A stretch of 64,000 nucleotides of DNA, taken from the IMG/VR virus record IMGVR_UViG_3300008119_000006; one strand, given 5' to 3'. Every line of letters begins with the position of its first letter. Position 1 is the stretch's first letter. The notes beneath the pieces were generated by a model. The model was not told the origin of the DNA, did not search any database, and worked only from the letters and a program-made list of their open reading frames with translations. A program made the position numbers and the translations under genes. Of this stretch, positions 9,683 through 19,200 are shown in pieces. This DNA comes from a virus.

Positions 9683-10050
9683 TGCAAAAAGATAGAATAA
9701 CTATAATTACAGGAACATTTGATCCTTTATCTGCTAATGATTTACTCTACATTAAAAAATGTCACCACAAAGGTGATTGGCTTGTTGTTGGTGTCCATAC
9801 TGATTGGTGGATGCAATGGGCTGAAGGTGGTTTTGTCCAGAACTATGAAACAAGAACAAATATTATTAAAGCAATTAAATATGTTGATGAAGTTTTTTCA
9901 TTCAATGATTCCGATGGTACAGTCTGTCAACTTCTCAAAATTGTTAAAATTTGTTATCCTAATGCCGATATTACCTATATTTCGCCAGAGGATATGCATA
10001 ATATGCCCGAAACTAAAATTAAAGGCATAACTTTTGAAACCATGAAATAG
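9682..10050 (+). CDS. cytidylyltransferase-like protein (degenerate HxGH)
   Basis: TGTFDPL, LVVGVHTD, YETR..I.AIKYVDEV. Confidence 0.7.
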   Translation: MQKDRITIITGTFDPLSANDLLYIKKCHHKGDWLVVGVHTDWWMQWAEGGFVQNYETRTNIIKAIKYVDEVFSFNDSDGTVCQLLKIVKICYPNADITYISPEDMHNMPETKIKGITFETMK

Positions 10051-10059
10051 GAGATAGTA

Positions 10060-10242
10060 GTGACCAAATTTGTAGCTAAGTTTCGTAAGAACCAAGACTA
10101 TAACGAAGATTACAGTTATATGCCAAAGCGAAAACACAAGAATGAACATTCAGAGATTAAAAAGATGAAGAATCGGAATGTAGAAGAACTGTTGAGTGAA
10201 CTTGAAGATACAAGTTTACCAAAAGAAAACAGAAAATATTAA
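10060..10242 (+). CDS. hypothetical protein
   Basis: AGGAG RBS, GTG start. Confidence 0.55.
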   Translation: MTKFVAKFRKNQDYNEDYSYMPKRKHKNEHSEIKKMKNRNVEELLSELEDTSLPKENRKY

Positions 10243-10292
10243 CTTTTACAGCATAAGTAAGTATGCTGCCGTTTTAAGAATAGGATTATATT

Positions 10293-10865
10293 ATGGAGTT
10301 ATGGGGTGATTATATTAATAATCAAGGTAAACACTTATCGAAGTGGACTTGGTATATTCCTGCCTATGAAAGACATTTCTCAAAGTTAAAAAATCAATCA
10401 AACACTTTTTTAGAAATCGGTGTTTGGCAAGGTGGTTCTCTCGAATTATGGAGAAACTATTTTGGTCCTTTAACTAAAGTTATTGGAATTGATATTGATT
10501 CGAATTGTGCTCACCTTGCAACTCAAGGAACCAATATTCGTATTGGCAGTCAATCAGATACAACCTTCTTACAATCAATCGTTAATGAATTTGGTGTGCC
10601 AGATATTATTTTAGATGATGGTAGTCACAAAGCAAAAGATATTATTGCTTCATTCGATTTCTTTTATCCTTTAATGCCAAAAAACGGTGTATATTTTATT
10701 GAAGATGTACACGGCAAATGGGACACCGCAGAACAGTCTGTTGTATTAAATCACATTTTGAAAAAATATGGATGGGACAATACTTTTGCCATTTCCTTAT
10801 ATGATAGCATGATTTGTGTTGAAAAATGTGAATATGGCTGGAAAGAAAATGTTGCCAGACCATAA
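10293..10865 (+). CDS. class I SAM-dependent methyltransferase
   Basis: LEIGVWQGGS, GIDID, DIILDDGSH, YFIED. Confidence 0.85.
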   Translation: MELWGDYINNQGKHLSKWTWYIPAYERHFSKLKNQSNTFLEIGVWQGGSLELWRNYFGPLTKVIGIDIDSNCAHLATQGTNIRIGSQSDTTFLQSIVNEFGVPDIILDDGSHKAKDIIASFDFFYPLMPKNGVYFIEDVHGKWDTAEQSVVLNHILKKYGWDNTFAISLYDSMICVEKCEYGWKENVARP

Positions 10866-10919
10866 TGTTGTTTAGGTACAACAAAACCGCTTGACATCCT
10901 CTTGAGTTTGTAGTACAAT
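10866..10919 (+). promoter_or_regulatory. sigma70-type early promoter with upstream TGTTG-N8-CAACA palindrome
   Basis: Palindrome 10866-10883; TTGACA 10891, 17 nt spacer, TACAAT 10914. Confidence 0.8.
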
Positions 10920-10946
10920 GGTTTCTTCCTCTGGAGAAATTCATTT

Positions 10947-11288
10947 ATGATATACGGCTACATTCCAAAATCTAAACCAAAGAAGTTGACTAAAGCTCAA
11001 CAAGACCAAAAAACAGCGTGGTTGGCTGTCATCAATAAATTATCGTCAAAACGATATTCCCACTCTCCCTCGATTAAAATAAGTTTGCCAGTTAAACAAA
11101 TGGCTACTTACCACAGAGAAACTCCAAAAGTTGCGTCCTTGGATACCGGATTTATCGCTTGTACAAAGAAATTCGGAAATTCATATACAGGCGATAAAAT
11201 GAAAGGTGTGGCTACGATGCACAAATCAAATGCTGTGCCGGTTTTCACAGATGCAGAAGCAAAAGAAATTTCCAGCATGCGGAGATGA
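10947..11288 (+). CDS. conserved phage hypothetical protein
   Basis: YTGDKMKGVATMHKSNAVPVF...EISSMRR motif common in T4-like phages. Confidence 0.7.
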   Translation: MIYGYIPKSKPKKLTKAQQDQKTAWLAVINKLSSKRYSHSPSIKISLPVKQMATYHRETPKVASLDTGFIACTKKFGNSYTGDKMKGVATMHKSNAVPVFTDAEAKEISSMRR

Positions 11289-11469
11289 TAAAAAATGAAT
11301 CCTAAAGGTTGGAGTGATGAAGATTGGGACGAATATGAGGAATATTTGCTCAGTTTGACTGCCAAAGAACTCGAAATTGAGTTAAAATTGCTTGAAACGC
11401 TCGGAAAAGCAAAAAAAGAAGGCAAAAATATTGTACCGAGCGAAACTTTTTATGAAATGTGAGTAAATT

Positions 11470-11658
11470 ATGTTGCAACAATGGGAAGAAACACAGATAC
11501 ATAGAGGAATTGATGAAATTATGCACAATTTGCGTCATATTCCAGCTGATGATGTTGCGTATTTCTTGGTAAAGTTCAATCCGAATCTTGCCGAAGAGCT
11601 TGTAGCTGCAATTGAGCAGCGAATTTTCGATAAAAACGAAGGAAAAAAATATGAATGA
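11470..11658 (+). CDS. hypothetical protein
   Basis: ORF on the operon strand. Confidence 0.5.
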   Translation: MLQQWEETQIHRGIDEIMHNLRHIPADDVAYFLVKFNPNLAEELVAAIEQRIFDKNEGKKYE

Positions 11659-11818
11659 TAAATCTTATTATATTTGGCTTGATGCCAAAGCAGATGATGA
11701 TGAAATTCCTGCGTGGAAACGTTTAGATATTGTAATTCGCAAGTGGGCTGTGATTTCTGGATTGGAAAAAGACCTTTCCGACTACCAAAAACGCAAGGAA
11801 TTATACGAATAATCATCA

Positions 11819-11881
11819 TGTTGCTAAAAAACAACGCTTTTCCTGAAACCACTTGACGGTAAGCGATATATAGCGTATAAT
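11819..11881 (+). promoter_or_regulatory. sigma70-type early promoter with palindrome
   Basis: TGTTG-N8-CAACG 11819-11836; TTGACG 11853, 17 nt spacer, TATAAT 11876. Confidence 0.8.
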
Positions 11882-11904
11882 GGTTCTATTAACTCGGAGA
11901 TTAT

Positions 11905-14064
11905 ATGGAACTTATTCAATCAAAATCATTACTTGCCAAACTTATGGCAACAGAAAATCTTATCGTTGAACAACGCAACGTATCAACTGCGTCATTCGAT
12001 GTCAAAAACCGTATATTGACGGTACCTGTATTAGACAAAAATATTTCTGGTTATCTTTATGACCTTTTCATGGGTCATGAGGTTGGCCATGCACTTTATA
12101 CTCCTCTCGATGGTTTAATCAAAGCCCACGAAGAAAAGATTCCAGCATCTGTAATGAATGTTTTGGAAGATGTTCGTATTGAGAAAAAAGTTAAAAACAA
12201 ATATCCTGGTATTCGTTCCAGCTTTGTTCGTGCATATCGTGAACTAATTGAAAAAGATTTCTTTGGTACCAACGGCACCGACCTTAATGATTTAAACTTT
12301 ATTGACCGTACCAATCTTTACACCAAAGGTGGTACAACACAAGGTATTAAATTTACCGACTATGAGCAAACCCTGATTCACCTTATTGAAGGAACCGAGA
12401 CCTATGATGATGTGATGAAGGTTGCTCGCCTTGTTTGCGACTATATGAAAAAGCAAGCCGAAGAACACAAGAAAAATCATCCTACCGAATTTGAAGAAGA
12501 TGAAGATGGTGACTATGAAGGTATCGATGCTGATGGTTATGATGATTCTGATGAATTTGATGAAGAAGAAGAAACTCGCAAAGATAATAAAAATTCTGGC
12601 GAAGAAAATCCTAACGCAAAAGAAGATGACCAAGATCCTGATGTAGATTCGGGCAATGAAGCTGGCGGCACTCAAGTTTCCGAAGAAGAATCTCTCGAAA
12701 TTAAATCCTATACTGATGAAGCATATCGTAAAAACGAAAGTAAACTATTTGCGACCGATGGCCGCACTCATTACTATGCCAATATTCCTAATATTAAATT
12801 AGAAGATGCAATTGTAAATCACAAATCTTTATGGAAACGTTTTCGTGAAGATGCCAAAAATGAATCAAAGCATTATAGAAGTGATGATTTTACCGGCCTC
12901 GACACAGAGAAATTTATGAAGTTGCGTAATGATTCCAAAAAAGTTGTTGGCTATCTTGCCAAAGAATTTGAATTGCGTAAAAATGCTGACCAATTGAAAC
13001 GTGCTTCTATTGCCAAAACTGGCGATTTGAACATGAGTAAGATTTATTCTTACCAGTTGACTGATGACATTTTCAAAAAGATGACAGTAGTGCCTGGTGC
13101 CAAATCACATGGTCTTGTAATGTTCCTCGATTGGTCTGGTTCTATGTCTGGCCACATGGAAAATACTGTAAAGCAATTAATTAATTTAGTAATGTTCTGT
13201 AAGAAAGTAAACATTCCTTATGATGTGTATGCTTTCTCTGCCGAACATGATGAACCATACAAACAAGCCTTAGTTGAAGGTGATGTTGTATTGCGTCAAT
13301 TTAAATTGTTGAATCTGTTATCAAGTAAGATGACTGCGGCTGAATTTACCTATGCCGGTTCTGCCTTAGTACAGATGTCAGAATATCGCTGTGGCTGGAG
13401 ACCAAACTGGTTGCAAAAAGGCGGCACACCATTGAATGAAGCCGTTATCTCTGCCATGAAGATTGTTCCTGAATTTCAAAAACAATATAAGTTACAAATT
13501 GTGAATACCGTATTCTTAACTGATGGTGAAGGCCATGGTCTTTCTGATGTTTTTTATAGAGATAACAAGGGTAATTTAAGAGATGGTTCAACCAATCAAG
13601 AAATTGATTATGATAGTATTAACTGGCGAGCAAAACGCCAAATGGTGTTGCGTGATCCAATTACCAAGAATCAAGAAATTATTGAGATTAACCGTGGTCG
13701 TGAATTAACTGCATCATATATAAAGATGTTGAAGTTGAGAACTAATTGTAACATTGTTGGTTTCTATGTATTGGCTGGTCGTGAGTTGGGTCGTGAACTG
13801 CATCATTTTTATCCTAATAACTATATGTTACATGATAAAATCAAAGCAGAGTTCCGTAAAAACAAATCATTGACTGTTACCAATGCCGGTTTCGATGAAT
13901 ACTATTTGTTGAAAACAGAAGCACTAGATACAGATGAAGATGTAACCTTTGAAGTGAAAGAGAATGCCACCACCCGTGGTCTGGTTTCAGCATTTAGTAA
14001 GTACGCTGGTAACCGTTTGAATAACCGTGTTGTATTAAATCGTTTTATAGGATTAATATCATGA
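11905..14064 (+). CDS. HExxH metallopeptidase-like + acidic linker + VWA (CobT-like) protein
   Basis: HEVGHALYT, NVLEDVRIE, D/E-rich linker, MIDAS DWSGSM, GTPL, LTDGEG. Confidence 0.85.
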   Translation: MELIQSKSLLAKLMATENLIVEQRNVSTASFDVKNRILTVPVLDKNISGYLYDLFMGHEVGHALYTPLDGLIKAHEEKIPASVMNVLEDVRIEKKVKNKYPGIRSSFVRAYRELIEKDFFGTNGTDLNDLNFIDRTNLYTKGGTTQGIKFTDYEQTLIHLIEGTETYDDVMKVARLVCDYMKKQAEEHKKNHPTEFEEDEDGDYEGIDADGYDDSDEFDEEEETRKDNKNSGEENPNAKEDDQDPDVDSGNEAGGTQVSEEESLEIKSYTDEAYRKNESKLFATDGRTHYYANIPNIKLEDAIVNHKSLWKRFREDAKNESKHYRSDDFTGLDTEKFMKLRNDSKKVVGYLAKEFELRKNADQLKRASIAKTGDLNMSKIYSYQLTDDIFKKMTVVPGAKSHGLVMFLDWSGSMSGHMENTVKQLINLVMFCKKVNIPYDVYAFSAEHDEPYKQALVEGDVVLRQFKLLNLLSSKMTAAEFTYAGSALVQMSEYRCGWRPNWLQKGGTPLNEAVISAMKIVPEFQKQYKLQIVNTVFLTDGEGHGLSDVFYRDNKGNLRDGSTNQEIDYDSINWRAKRQMVLRDPITKNQEIIEINRGRELTASYIKMLKLRTNCNIVGFYVLAGRELGRELHHFYPNNYMLHDKIKAEFRKNKSLTVTNAGFDEYYLLKTEALDTDEDVTFEVKENATTRGLVSAFSKYAGNRLNNRVVLNRFIGLIS

Positions 14065-14279
14065 AAGATATAGCAACTTTTGTTGGTGAAGCTGGTAAAA
14101 TTATGGCCGTGATTTATGAAGGCGAAGGCTTTTGGAAAGTAAATTATGGAACATCCGAAGCACCAGCTTCTTTCAGTAAAGTGTTTATGACGGAATCTGA
14201 AGCAACTCAGTTTGCAGCAGACTATACAAACAAAAATTCTAAACCTACCTTATTGAGTGAGCAAAATGGAACTATCTAA
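14061..14279 (+). CDS. hypothetical protein
   Basis: Coupled ORF. Confidence 0.55.
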   Translation: MKDIATFVGEAGKIMAVIYEGEGFWKVNYGTSEAPASFSKVFMTESEATQFAADYTNKNSKPTLLSEQNGTI

Positions 14280-14478
14280 ATTTATGAATGGCGATAAGAA
14301 AGCCATTGTAGAAAGGTCGGAGTATAATTATACTATTGTATATTATCTGAATGACAAGGTAATTAAAAAAGAAGTTACTGCTGATTATCAAAAAGCTGAA
14401 GATTTGGCAGAAGATTATGTTTTGGCCGAAGAAAAGAAGGGGCCAAGTTTTTTAGTGGAGAAATGGAACAATGTCTAA
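14266..14478 (+). CDS. hypothetical protein
   Basis: Coupled ORF, resembles the preceding small ORF. Confidence 0.5.
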   Translation: MELSKFMNGDKKAIVERSEYNYTIVYYLNDKVIKKEVTADYQKAEDLAEDYVLAEEKKGPSFLVEKWNNV

Positions 14479-14737
14479 TATGGTTGCTGAAGATGAGTTT
14501 AATCCTAAGAAGATTGCTGATGAAATGATTAAACGTTGCCTTGATGCCAGAGAATGGCACATCAAGTGTTATGTGCAAGAAGAATGGTTTATTAACGGCG
14601 TTGTACCGTTTACAATTAGTATGAAAGATGGCTTATATACTTGCAAAGTAATTGCTTCCACGAAATTGGCAGCACTTAAAAAAGTGGAAGAATATATGCC
14701 TGTAATTAAATTTATTGAAGATCCAAATGAACGATAA
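14471..14737 (+). CDS. hypothetical protein
   Basis: Coupled ORF. Confidence 0.55.
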   Translation: MSNMVAEDEFNPKKIADEMIKRCLDAREWHIKCYVQEEWFINGVVPFTISMKDGLYTCKVIASTKLAALKKVEEYMPVIKFIEDPNER

Positions 14738-15002
14738 AATTAAAGAAACATTAATTATAACTCAAGAGGAATGTGCCGAAGTTATTCAGGCAGTTTCTAA
14801 GGTAATGAGATTTGGTTTTGATTCTTGTTATCCAACTGAAGATTCTGCTTCTACTAAAGAGTGTTTGACAATGGAAATGGGACAATTACTTTGTATGATT
14901 GGTATTTTGGTAGAACAAGGTGTTATTGATGAAGAAGCCATGGTTGCAGCAATGGAACACAAAAGGATAAAGTTGGAAACTTGGTCAAGCATTTTTAAAT
15001 AA
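14715..15002 (+). CDS. MazG-like NTP pyrophosphohydrolase-fold protein
   Basis: QEECAEVIQAVSK..RFG...EMGQL pattern. Confidence 0.65.
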   Translation: MKIQMNDKIKETLIITQEECAEVIQAVSKVMRFGFDSCYPTEDSASTKECLTMEMGQLLCMIGILVEQGVIDEEAMVAAMEHKRIKLETWSSIFK

Positions 15003-15120
15003 TGGAAATTAAAGAATTAATAAACCGGTTACATACAATCAAAATGTGGACCAAACAAGATTCACAAGCTAGAATTTTATTAGATGAATTGATTAATCAT
15101 TTTAAATCGCAGTTACCTCA

Positions 15121-15972
15121 ATGACAAAAAAAATATTAGTAACTGGATCCGAAGGATATATCGGACAACACCTTTGTTCGCTTTTAGAACAACGTGATTT
15201 TGATGTACACAAATTAGATTCATATATTGAAGAACCTGGTGCTTATAAGTTTAAGGTAGATTTAAGAAAACCTCAGGACATTAAAAGTTCTGGTGTTATG
15301 TATAATGATTATGATACAATTATCCACTTGGCAGCTTTAGTGCAAGTAGGACAATCAGTAGAATATCCTACTGCTTACTATAATACAAATATCAATGGTA
15401 CAAATTGGTTGAGGAATATTGTATCACATAAGAAGTTTATTTTTGCCTCAACTGGTGCGGCTGAAGGTATGGCATCTCCTTATGCTATCTCAAAAAGAGT
15501 GGCAGAGCAGATGTTAATTGAACAAGAACCAAATTGTACTATCTTTCGATTCTACAATGTAATTGGTTCTGATGGTTTTGAACCTACTAATCCCGATGGA
15601 CTATTTTATAATTTAGTACAAGCAATAGAAACAGGTAAAATTACTATATATGGTGATGATTACGACACAAAAGATGGTACAGCAGTTCGTGAGTATGTTC
15701 ATGTAATGGATGTTTGCCGTGCTTTGATAGAAGCTATTGATAATCCATCTAAAAGTCGTTTTGAAAACTTGGCATACAATGATACAAGAACGGTCAAAGA
15801 GATTGTCCAAACTTTTATCAAAGTGAACAAAGTAAATTGTCAAGTTGAATATGCACCAAGACGGCCTGGTGATTTGGAATCTTGTTACTTAGAGAACCCG
15901 TCGCCGTTTATGAAAAGAAACTATACTTACGAAGAAATGCTAAAATGGAAACCCTTAAATTTACCGGAATGA
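15121..15972 (+). CDS. NAD-dependent epimerase (GalE-like)
   Basis: ILVTGSEGYIG, HLAA, YAISK, FRFYNV, RRPGD. Confidence 0.88.
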   Translation: MTKKILVTGSEGYIGQHLCSLLEQRDFDVHKLDSYIEEPGAYKFKVDLRKPQDIKSSGVMYNDYDTIIHLAALVQVGQSVEYPTAYYNTNINGTNWLRNIVSHKKFIFASTGAAEGMASPYAISKRVAEQMLIEQEPNCTIFRFYNVIGSDGFEPTNPDGLFYNLVQAIETGKITIYGDDYDTKDGTAVREYVHVMDVCRALIEAIDNPSKSRFENLAYNDTRTVKEIVQTFIKVNKVNCQVEYAPRRPGDLESCYLENPSPFMKRNYTYEEMLKWKPLNLPE

Positions 15973-16166
15973 TTATCTTCCTAGTAGGTGTTTATGCACT
16001 TATGAATGATGATGATTACCATAAAGAGTTTGACAAACCACACATAGTCCGTTATAATTGTGATAAGTTAATTGCTGGTTGGCATCCAGATGTTCCACCT
16101 GAAGTGATAAAAAAATGTCGTGACCCAAATGAAAGGACTGTCCGTGTTACAACCTATAAAGACTAA
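15945..16166 (+). CDS. small membrane-anchored protein
   Basis: N-terminal TM, YNC...WHPDVP...C. Confidence 0.55.
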   Translation: METLKFTGMIIFLVGVYALMNDDDYHKEFDKPHIVRYNCDKLIAGWHPDVPPEVIKKCRDPNERTVRVTTYKD

Positions 16167-16410
16167 AATTCTCATTCAATTGGAGAATATGGAAAAAGAA
16201 CAAGTACTAAATTCTGGTATCGTTTTGACTACAAAAGACCAACACGAAGCCCAGCGAGCAAAAGTGCTGGCTGTTGGTCCTGCTGTAGAATACGTTAAAG
16301 TTGGTGATAGTATTATTCCTAATTGGAATGCTGCAGAACCTACAAAATTTGAAAAAGAAGATTACTTCCTTGTTAAAGAGGAAGAAGTCGTAATGATTGT
16401 TGAGGAGTAA
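16144..16410 (+). CDS. groES: co-chaperonin GroES-like
   Basis: LQPIKTKILI, SGIVL, VLAVGP, VKVGD; GTG start after AAGGA. Confidence 0.85.
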   Translation: MLQPIKTKILIQLENMEKEQVLNSGIVLTTKDQHEAQRAKVLAVGPAVEYVKVGDSIIPNWNAAEPTKFEKEDYFLVKEEEVVMIVEE

Positions 16411-16412
16411 TT

Positions 16413-16598
16413 ATGGTAACCACTTATGATGAGATGTATATTGCCGTATTAAGAAAAGAACGTGAACACCTGTTGAGTTTACACGACCCGCACGCAGAAG
16501 GTACAGGTCATTTTAATACGGCAGCAGGTGTATTACTTCAACGAATTAAAGAAATTCAGGTCAAGAATGAAAAGTGGTCAGTTGAAGTTAATGATTAA
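16413..16598 (+). CDS. hypothetical protein
   Basis: GAGGAG RBS; GTGHFNTAAGVL. Confidence 0.6.
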   Translation: MVTTYDEMYIAVLRKEREHLLSLHDPHAEGTGHFNTAAGVLLQRIKEIQVKNEKWSVEVND

Positions 16599-16708
16599 CG
16601 ATACAAGGCTTGTGATTCTTTGATTTTACCATTGCGAGCTAAGTTAGCGGCATACTTGGCTTGACCAATTACACAGAGAAAAAAGTAGATAGATTTAAGT
16701 AGTTTCAT
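16595..16708 (-). CDS. small protein (37 aa) on the opposite strand
   Basis: MKLLKSIYFFLCVIGQAKYAANLARNGKIKESQALYR*, TAAGGA RBS. Confidence 0.55.
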   Translation of the reverse strand: MKLLKSIYFFLCVIGQAKYAANLARNGKIKESQALYR

Positions 16709-16784
16709 TTTAATTCCTTATTAGTAGTTTCACTATTAGTGTTTATACTAGTATATAGGACAATAAGTATGACAGGAGAATGAC

Positions 16785-16970
16785 ATGACCACATTTACTA
16801 GTGAAGATAGAGAAGAAGCAGAGAAGCGCCAAAAAATTATGAATGACCTTCAAAACAAAGACCAAATGGAATTACCATTGGATTGGGAAGAAACTTCCTC
16901 TGCATGGCCATTTAAAGAAGAAGATATTTTAGAAGAACACGAAGTGCCAGATTTCAAAACTGAAGAATAA
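16785..16970 (+). CDS. acidic hypothetical protein
   Basis: AGGAG RBS, MTTFTSEDRE. Confidence 0.6.
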   Translation: MTTFTSEDREEAEKRQKIMNDLQNKDQMELPLDWEETSSAWPFKEEDILEEHEVPDFKTEE

Positions 16971-16972
16971 AA

Positions 16973-17188
16973 ATGCGAAACGTAAAAACGAAACTTACCA
17001 TCCTAACCGCTCTCACGCTTCTGGTTTTTGCCAGCGCTTCCGGAGCTATTAGCCGTTATATTCCCACAATAACCGAGGATACGATTACTTGTCGGCCTCA
17101 AAAGGGTTCCTCTGAGGATCTGTGGACTTGCACAGACTATTATGGTAACCGATTTAAAAATTTACAAATCACTATTTTTATTAAATGA
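16973..17188 (+). CDS. hypothetical secreted protein
   Basis: Signal peptide, two Cys. Confidence 0.5.
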   Translation: MRNVKTKLTILTALTLLVFASASGAISRYIPTITEDTITCRPQKGSSEDLWTCTDYYGNRFKNLQITIFIK

Positions 17189-17385
17189 TATTCTATAATA
17201 TCCTCGGATTATTCTTCACGTTTATGTGGAATACTTCTATGCTCGGCGGAACAATCTATCTCATTACAAAAGAAGATTGGTCTCCGTGGACCTTAGTGGC
17301 CACTCTCTTTTTCTTTATTCGTTGGAAAGAATGGACTCCGAAAGAACCAAAACAACCTGAAGCTTCTAAGATAATCACTCTTTAA
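17185..17385 (+). CDS. small membrane protein
   Basis: Two hydrophobic segments. Confidence 0.55.
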   Translation: MIFYNILGLFFTFMWNTSMLGGTIYLITKEDWSPWTLVATLFFFIRWKEWTPKEPKQPEASKIITL

Positions 17386-17864
17386 TGACTGGAAAACCAG
17401 GTAAAAAATCGAATCTAGCCAAAGGCAGACATAGTTTCGATGCGGAGATAGGTGGAACTCTGGTACCTTTCCTTAACAGGAATATATCAGAATATCCCAC
17501 AGAGGCAGGCGCAGTTAAATTTGAACTGGTACCTGTAACTCAGCAAAAAGACATAATGATTAATCATGCTAGGATGTATGCCCAGCAAGAATATGATAGA
17601 ATTATGGAACTGGTTTCTGTATTACAAAAACAGGCTGATGATATTAAACGCAGATTGAATGTCACGGATGCTGTTCATGCCGCTGTGTACCAGTTTTCTC
17701 CAGTCATGGGTCATGTATATTGGTTAGTATGGGATAAGAGAAAACAACATATACTCTTAACACAGAATGGTCCAAAGGATTGGTCAAGTGGTGCTCCTGA
17801 AGATTATGAATATCAGACACAGGTGAAGTATATGGGTGACCACACATGGATGGAGATACAATAG
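17385..17864 (+). CDS. DUF2452-like protein
   Basis: YPTEAGAVKF, FSPVMGHVYWL, GDHTW. Confidence 0.6.
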   Translation: MTGKPGKKSNLAKGRHSFDAEIGGTLVPFLNRNISEYPTEAGAVKFELVPVTQQKDIMINHARMYAQQEYDRIMELVSVLQKQADDIKRRLNVTDAVHAAVYQFSPVMGHVYWLVWDKRKQHILLTQNGPKDWSSGAPEDYEYQTQVKYMGDHTWMEIQ

Positions 17865-17867
17865 AGT

Positions 17868-18050
17868 ATGGTTCTAAATAAGACATACAATAGAACCGCT
17901 AAGTGGGACGTAGAAAATAATCGGTGGCGGATCGGAGAAACCACTCTCTACCAATGGTACACTAATGAAGAAAAATCTGCCTCTCCAATCTACTCAAACC
18001 TTACCGAAGCCCTCCAATGGATCATCCAACACGATGAAAACCTATCGTAG
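17868..18050 (+). CDS. hypothetical protein
   Basis: Coupled ORF. Confidence 0.45.
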   Translation: MVLNKTYNRTAKWDVENNRWRIGETTLYQWYTNEEKSASPIYSNLTEALQWIIQHDENLS

Positions 18051-18789
18051 TATCTTTATCTCAGATGTACATTTAGGTACCAGAGATTGTCAGGCCGATA
18101 AACTGAATAATTTTCTTAAACATAATACCTGTGATACTCTCTACCTTATTGGTGATATCATTGATGCTTGGAAGATTACTCAAAACAAATGGCGGTGGCA
18201 ACAATCTCATTCCAATGTAGTTCGTAGAATCCTTGGTCATGCAAAGAGAGGTACCAGAGTAATCTATGTTGCTGGTAACCACGATGAATTTCTACGACCT
18301 ATGATACCCTATGGATTCTCTTTTGGTACCATAGAGATACACAATCAAACTGAACATATCGATGCCAATGGTAAACGCTTTCTGGTTACTCATGGTGACC
18401 TATTTGATGGTATCTCTAAGTTGGCTCCGTGGTTGACTTTCCTTGGTGATAAACTGTATGATATGATACTCGGATGGAACTCGAAATTCAATTCTTTTCG
18501 TAGACGCTTTGGATTAGGTTATTGGTCATTGAGTAAGTACCTCAAATATAAAGTAAAATCCTCCGTAGACTTTCTGTTAGGCTTTGAGAAGAATATCTCT
18601 GAATACTGTAAGAAACGTGGCTTTGACGGAGTTATCTGTGGACATATACACCATGCTGAGATAAAAGAGATAGACGGCATTCTCTATATGAATGACGGTG
18701 ATTGGGTAGAATCGTGTACCGCTCTGGTAGAACACCATGACGGGACATGGGAGATTATCCATTGGACTAAAGAACAGGACGCATCGTAA
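18034..18789 (+). CDS. LpxH-like metallophosphoesterase (UDP-2,3-diacylglucosamine hydrolase family)
   Basis: ISDVHLG, GDIID, GNHD, HGD, CGHIH, NDGDWVE. Confidence 0.85.
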   Translation: MKTYRSIFISDVHLGTRDCQADKLNNFLKHNTCDTLYLIGDIIDAWKITQNKWRWQQSHSNVVRRILGHAKRGTRVIYVAGNHDEFLRPMIPYGFSFGTIEIHNQTEHIDANGKRFLVTHGDLFDGISKLAPWLTFLGDKLYDMILGWNSKFNSFRRRFGLGYWSLSKYLKYKVKSSVDFLLGFEKNISEYCKKRGFDGVICGHIHHAEIKEIDGILYMNDGDWVESCTALVEHHDGTWEIIHWTKEQDAS

Positions 18790-18794
18790 TCCTT

Positions 18795-19060
18795 CTTGGC
18801 CGGTCCTAAAAAAAAATTTCGAAATACTGATTCCGGCCTAAAAAAAACTTTTTGGATTTAAAGTGTTTGACCTGGTACGGACTTTTTTTTACCTATACGG
18901 ATCAACTGCTTGCCGGCGCTTTCTCTCAGCGCCTCTCTGAGCTGCTCTATACCCCCTCTGCGTCTCCTGTCTGGTTTCCATGCGTCCTGCCTTATCCCCT
19001 GTACGCCTCGCCGTGCGTCCCGAAGCGTCCCAATAATACTTGACCACCCCGCTACAGTAT
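18795..19060. other. non-coding element: A/T-tract repeats plus GC-rich, pyrimidine-skewed tract
   Basis: CCGG(T)CCTAAAAAAAA twice, T-tracts, then ~150 nt of C/T-rich sequence unlike the rest of the window. Confidence 0.6.
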
Positions 19061-19104
19061 TATCCTCAATAAAATCAACCACTTACCGCATCAAAAATTA
19101 ACGG

Positions 19105-19132
19105 TTGACAATTTCGGTGGTTCGTGTATACT
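19105..19132 (+). promoter_or_regulatory. sigma70-type promoter opening the AT-rich early cluster
   Basis: TTGACA-N16-TATACT. Confidence 0.7.
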
Positions 19133-19200
19133 AGTAAAATCAAGTCTGCGCAACGATATTGCGCTTTATTATTATCTGAAAGTATTATATTATTATTATT

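Noticed and set aside
18852-19101. Three overlapping short ORFs in the GC-rich tract
   Set aside because: No RBS and atypical composition; open frames are expected by chance in GC-rich DNA
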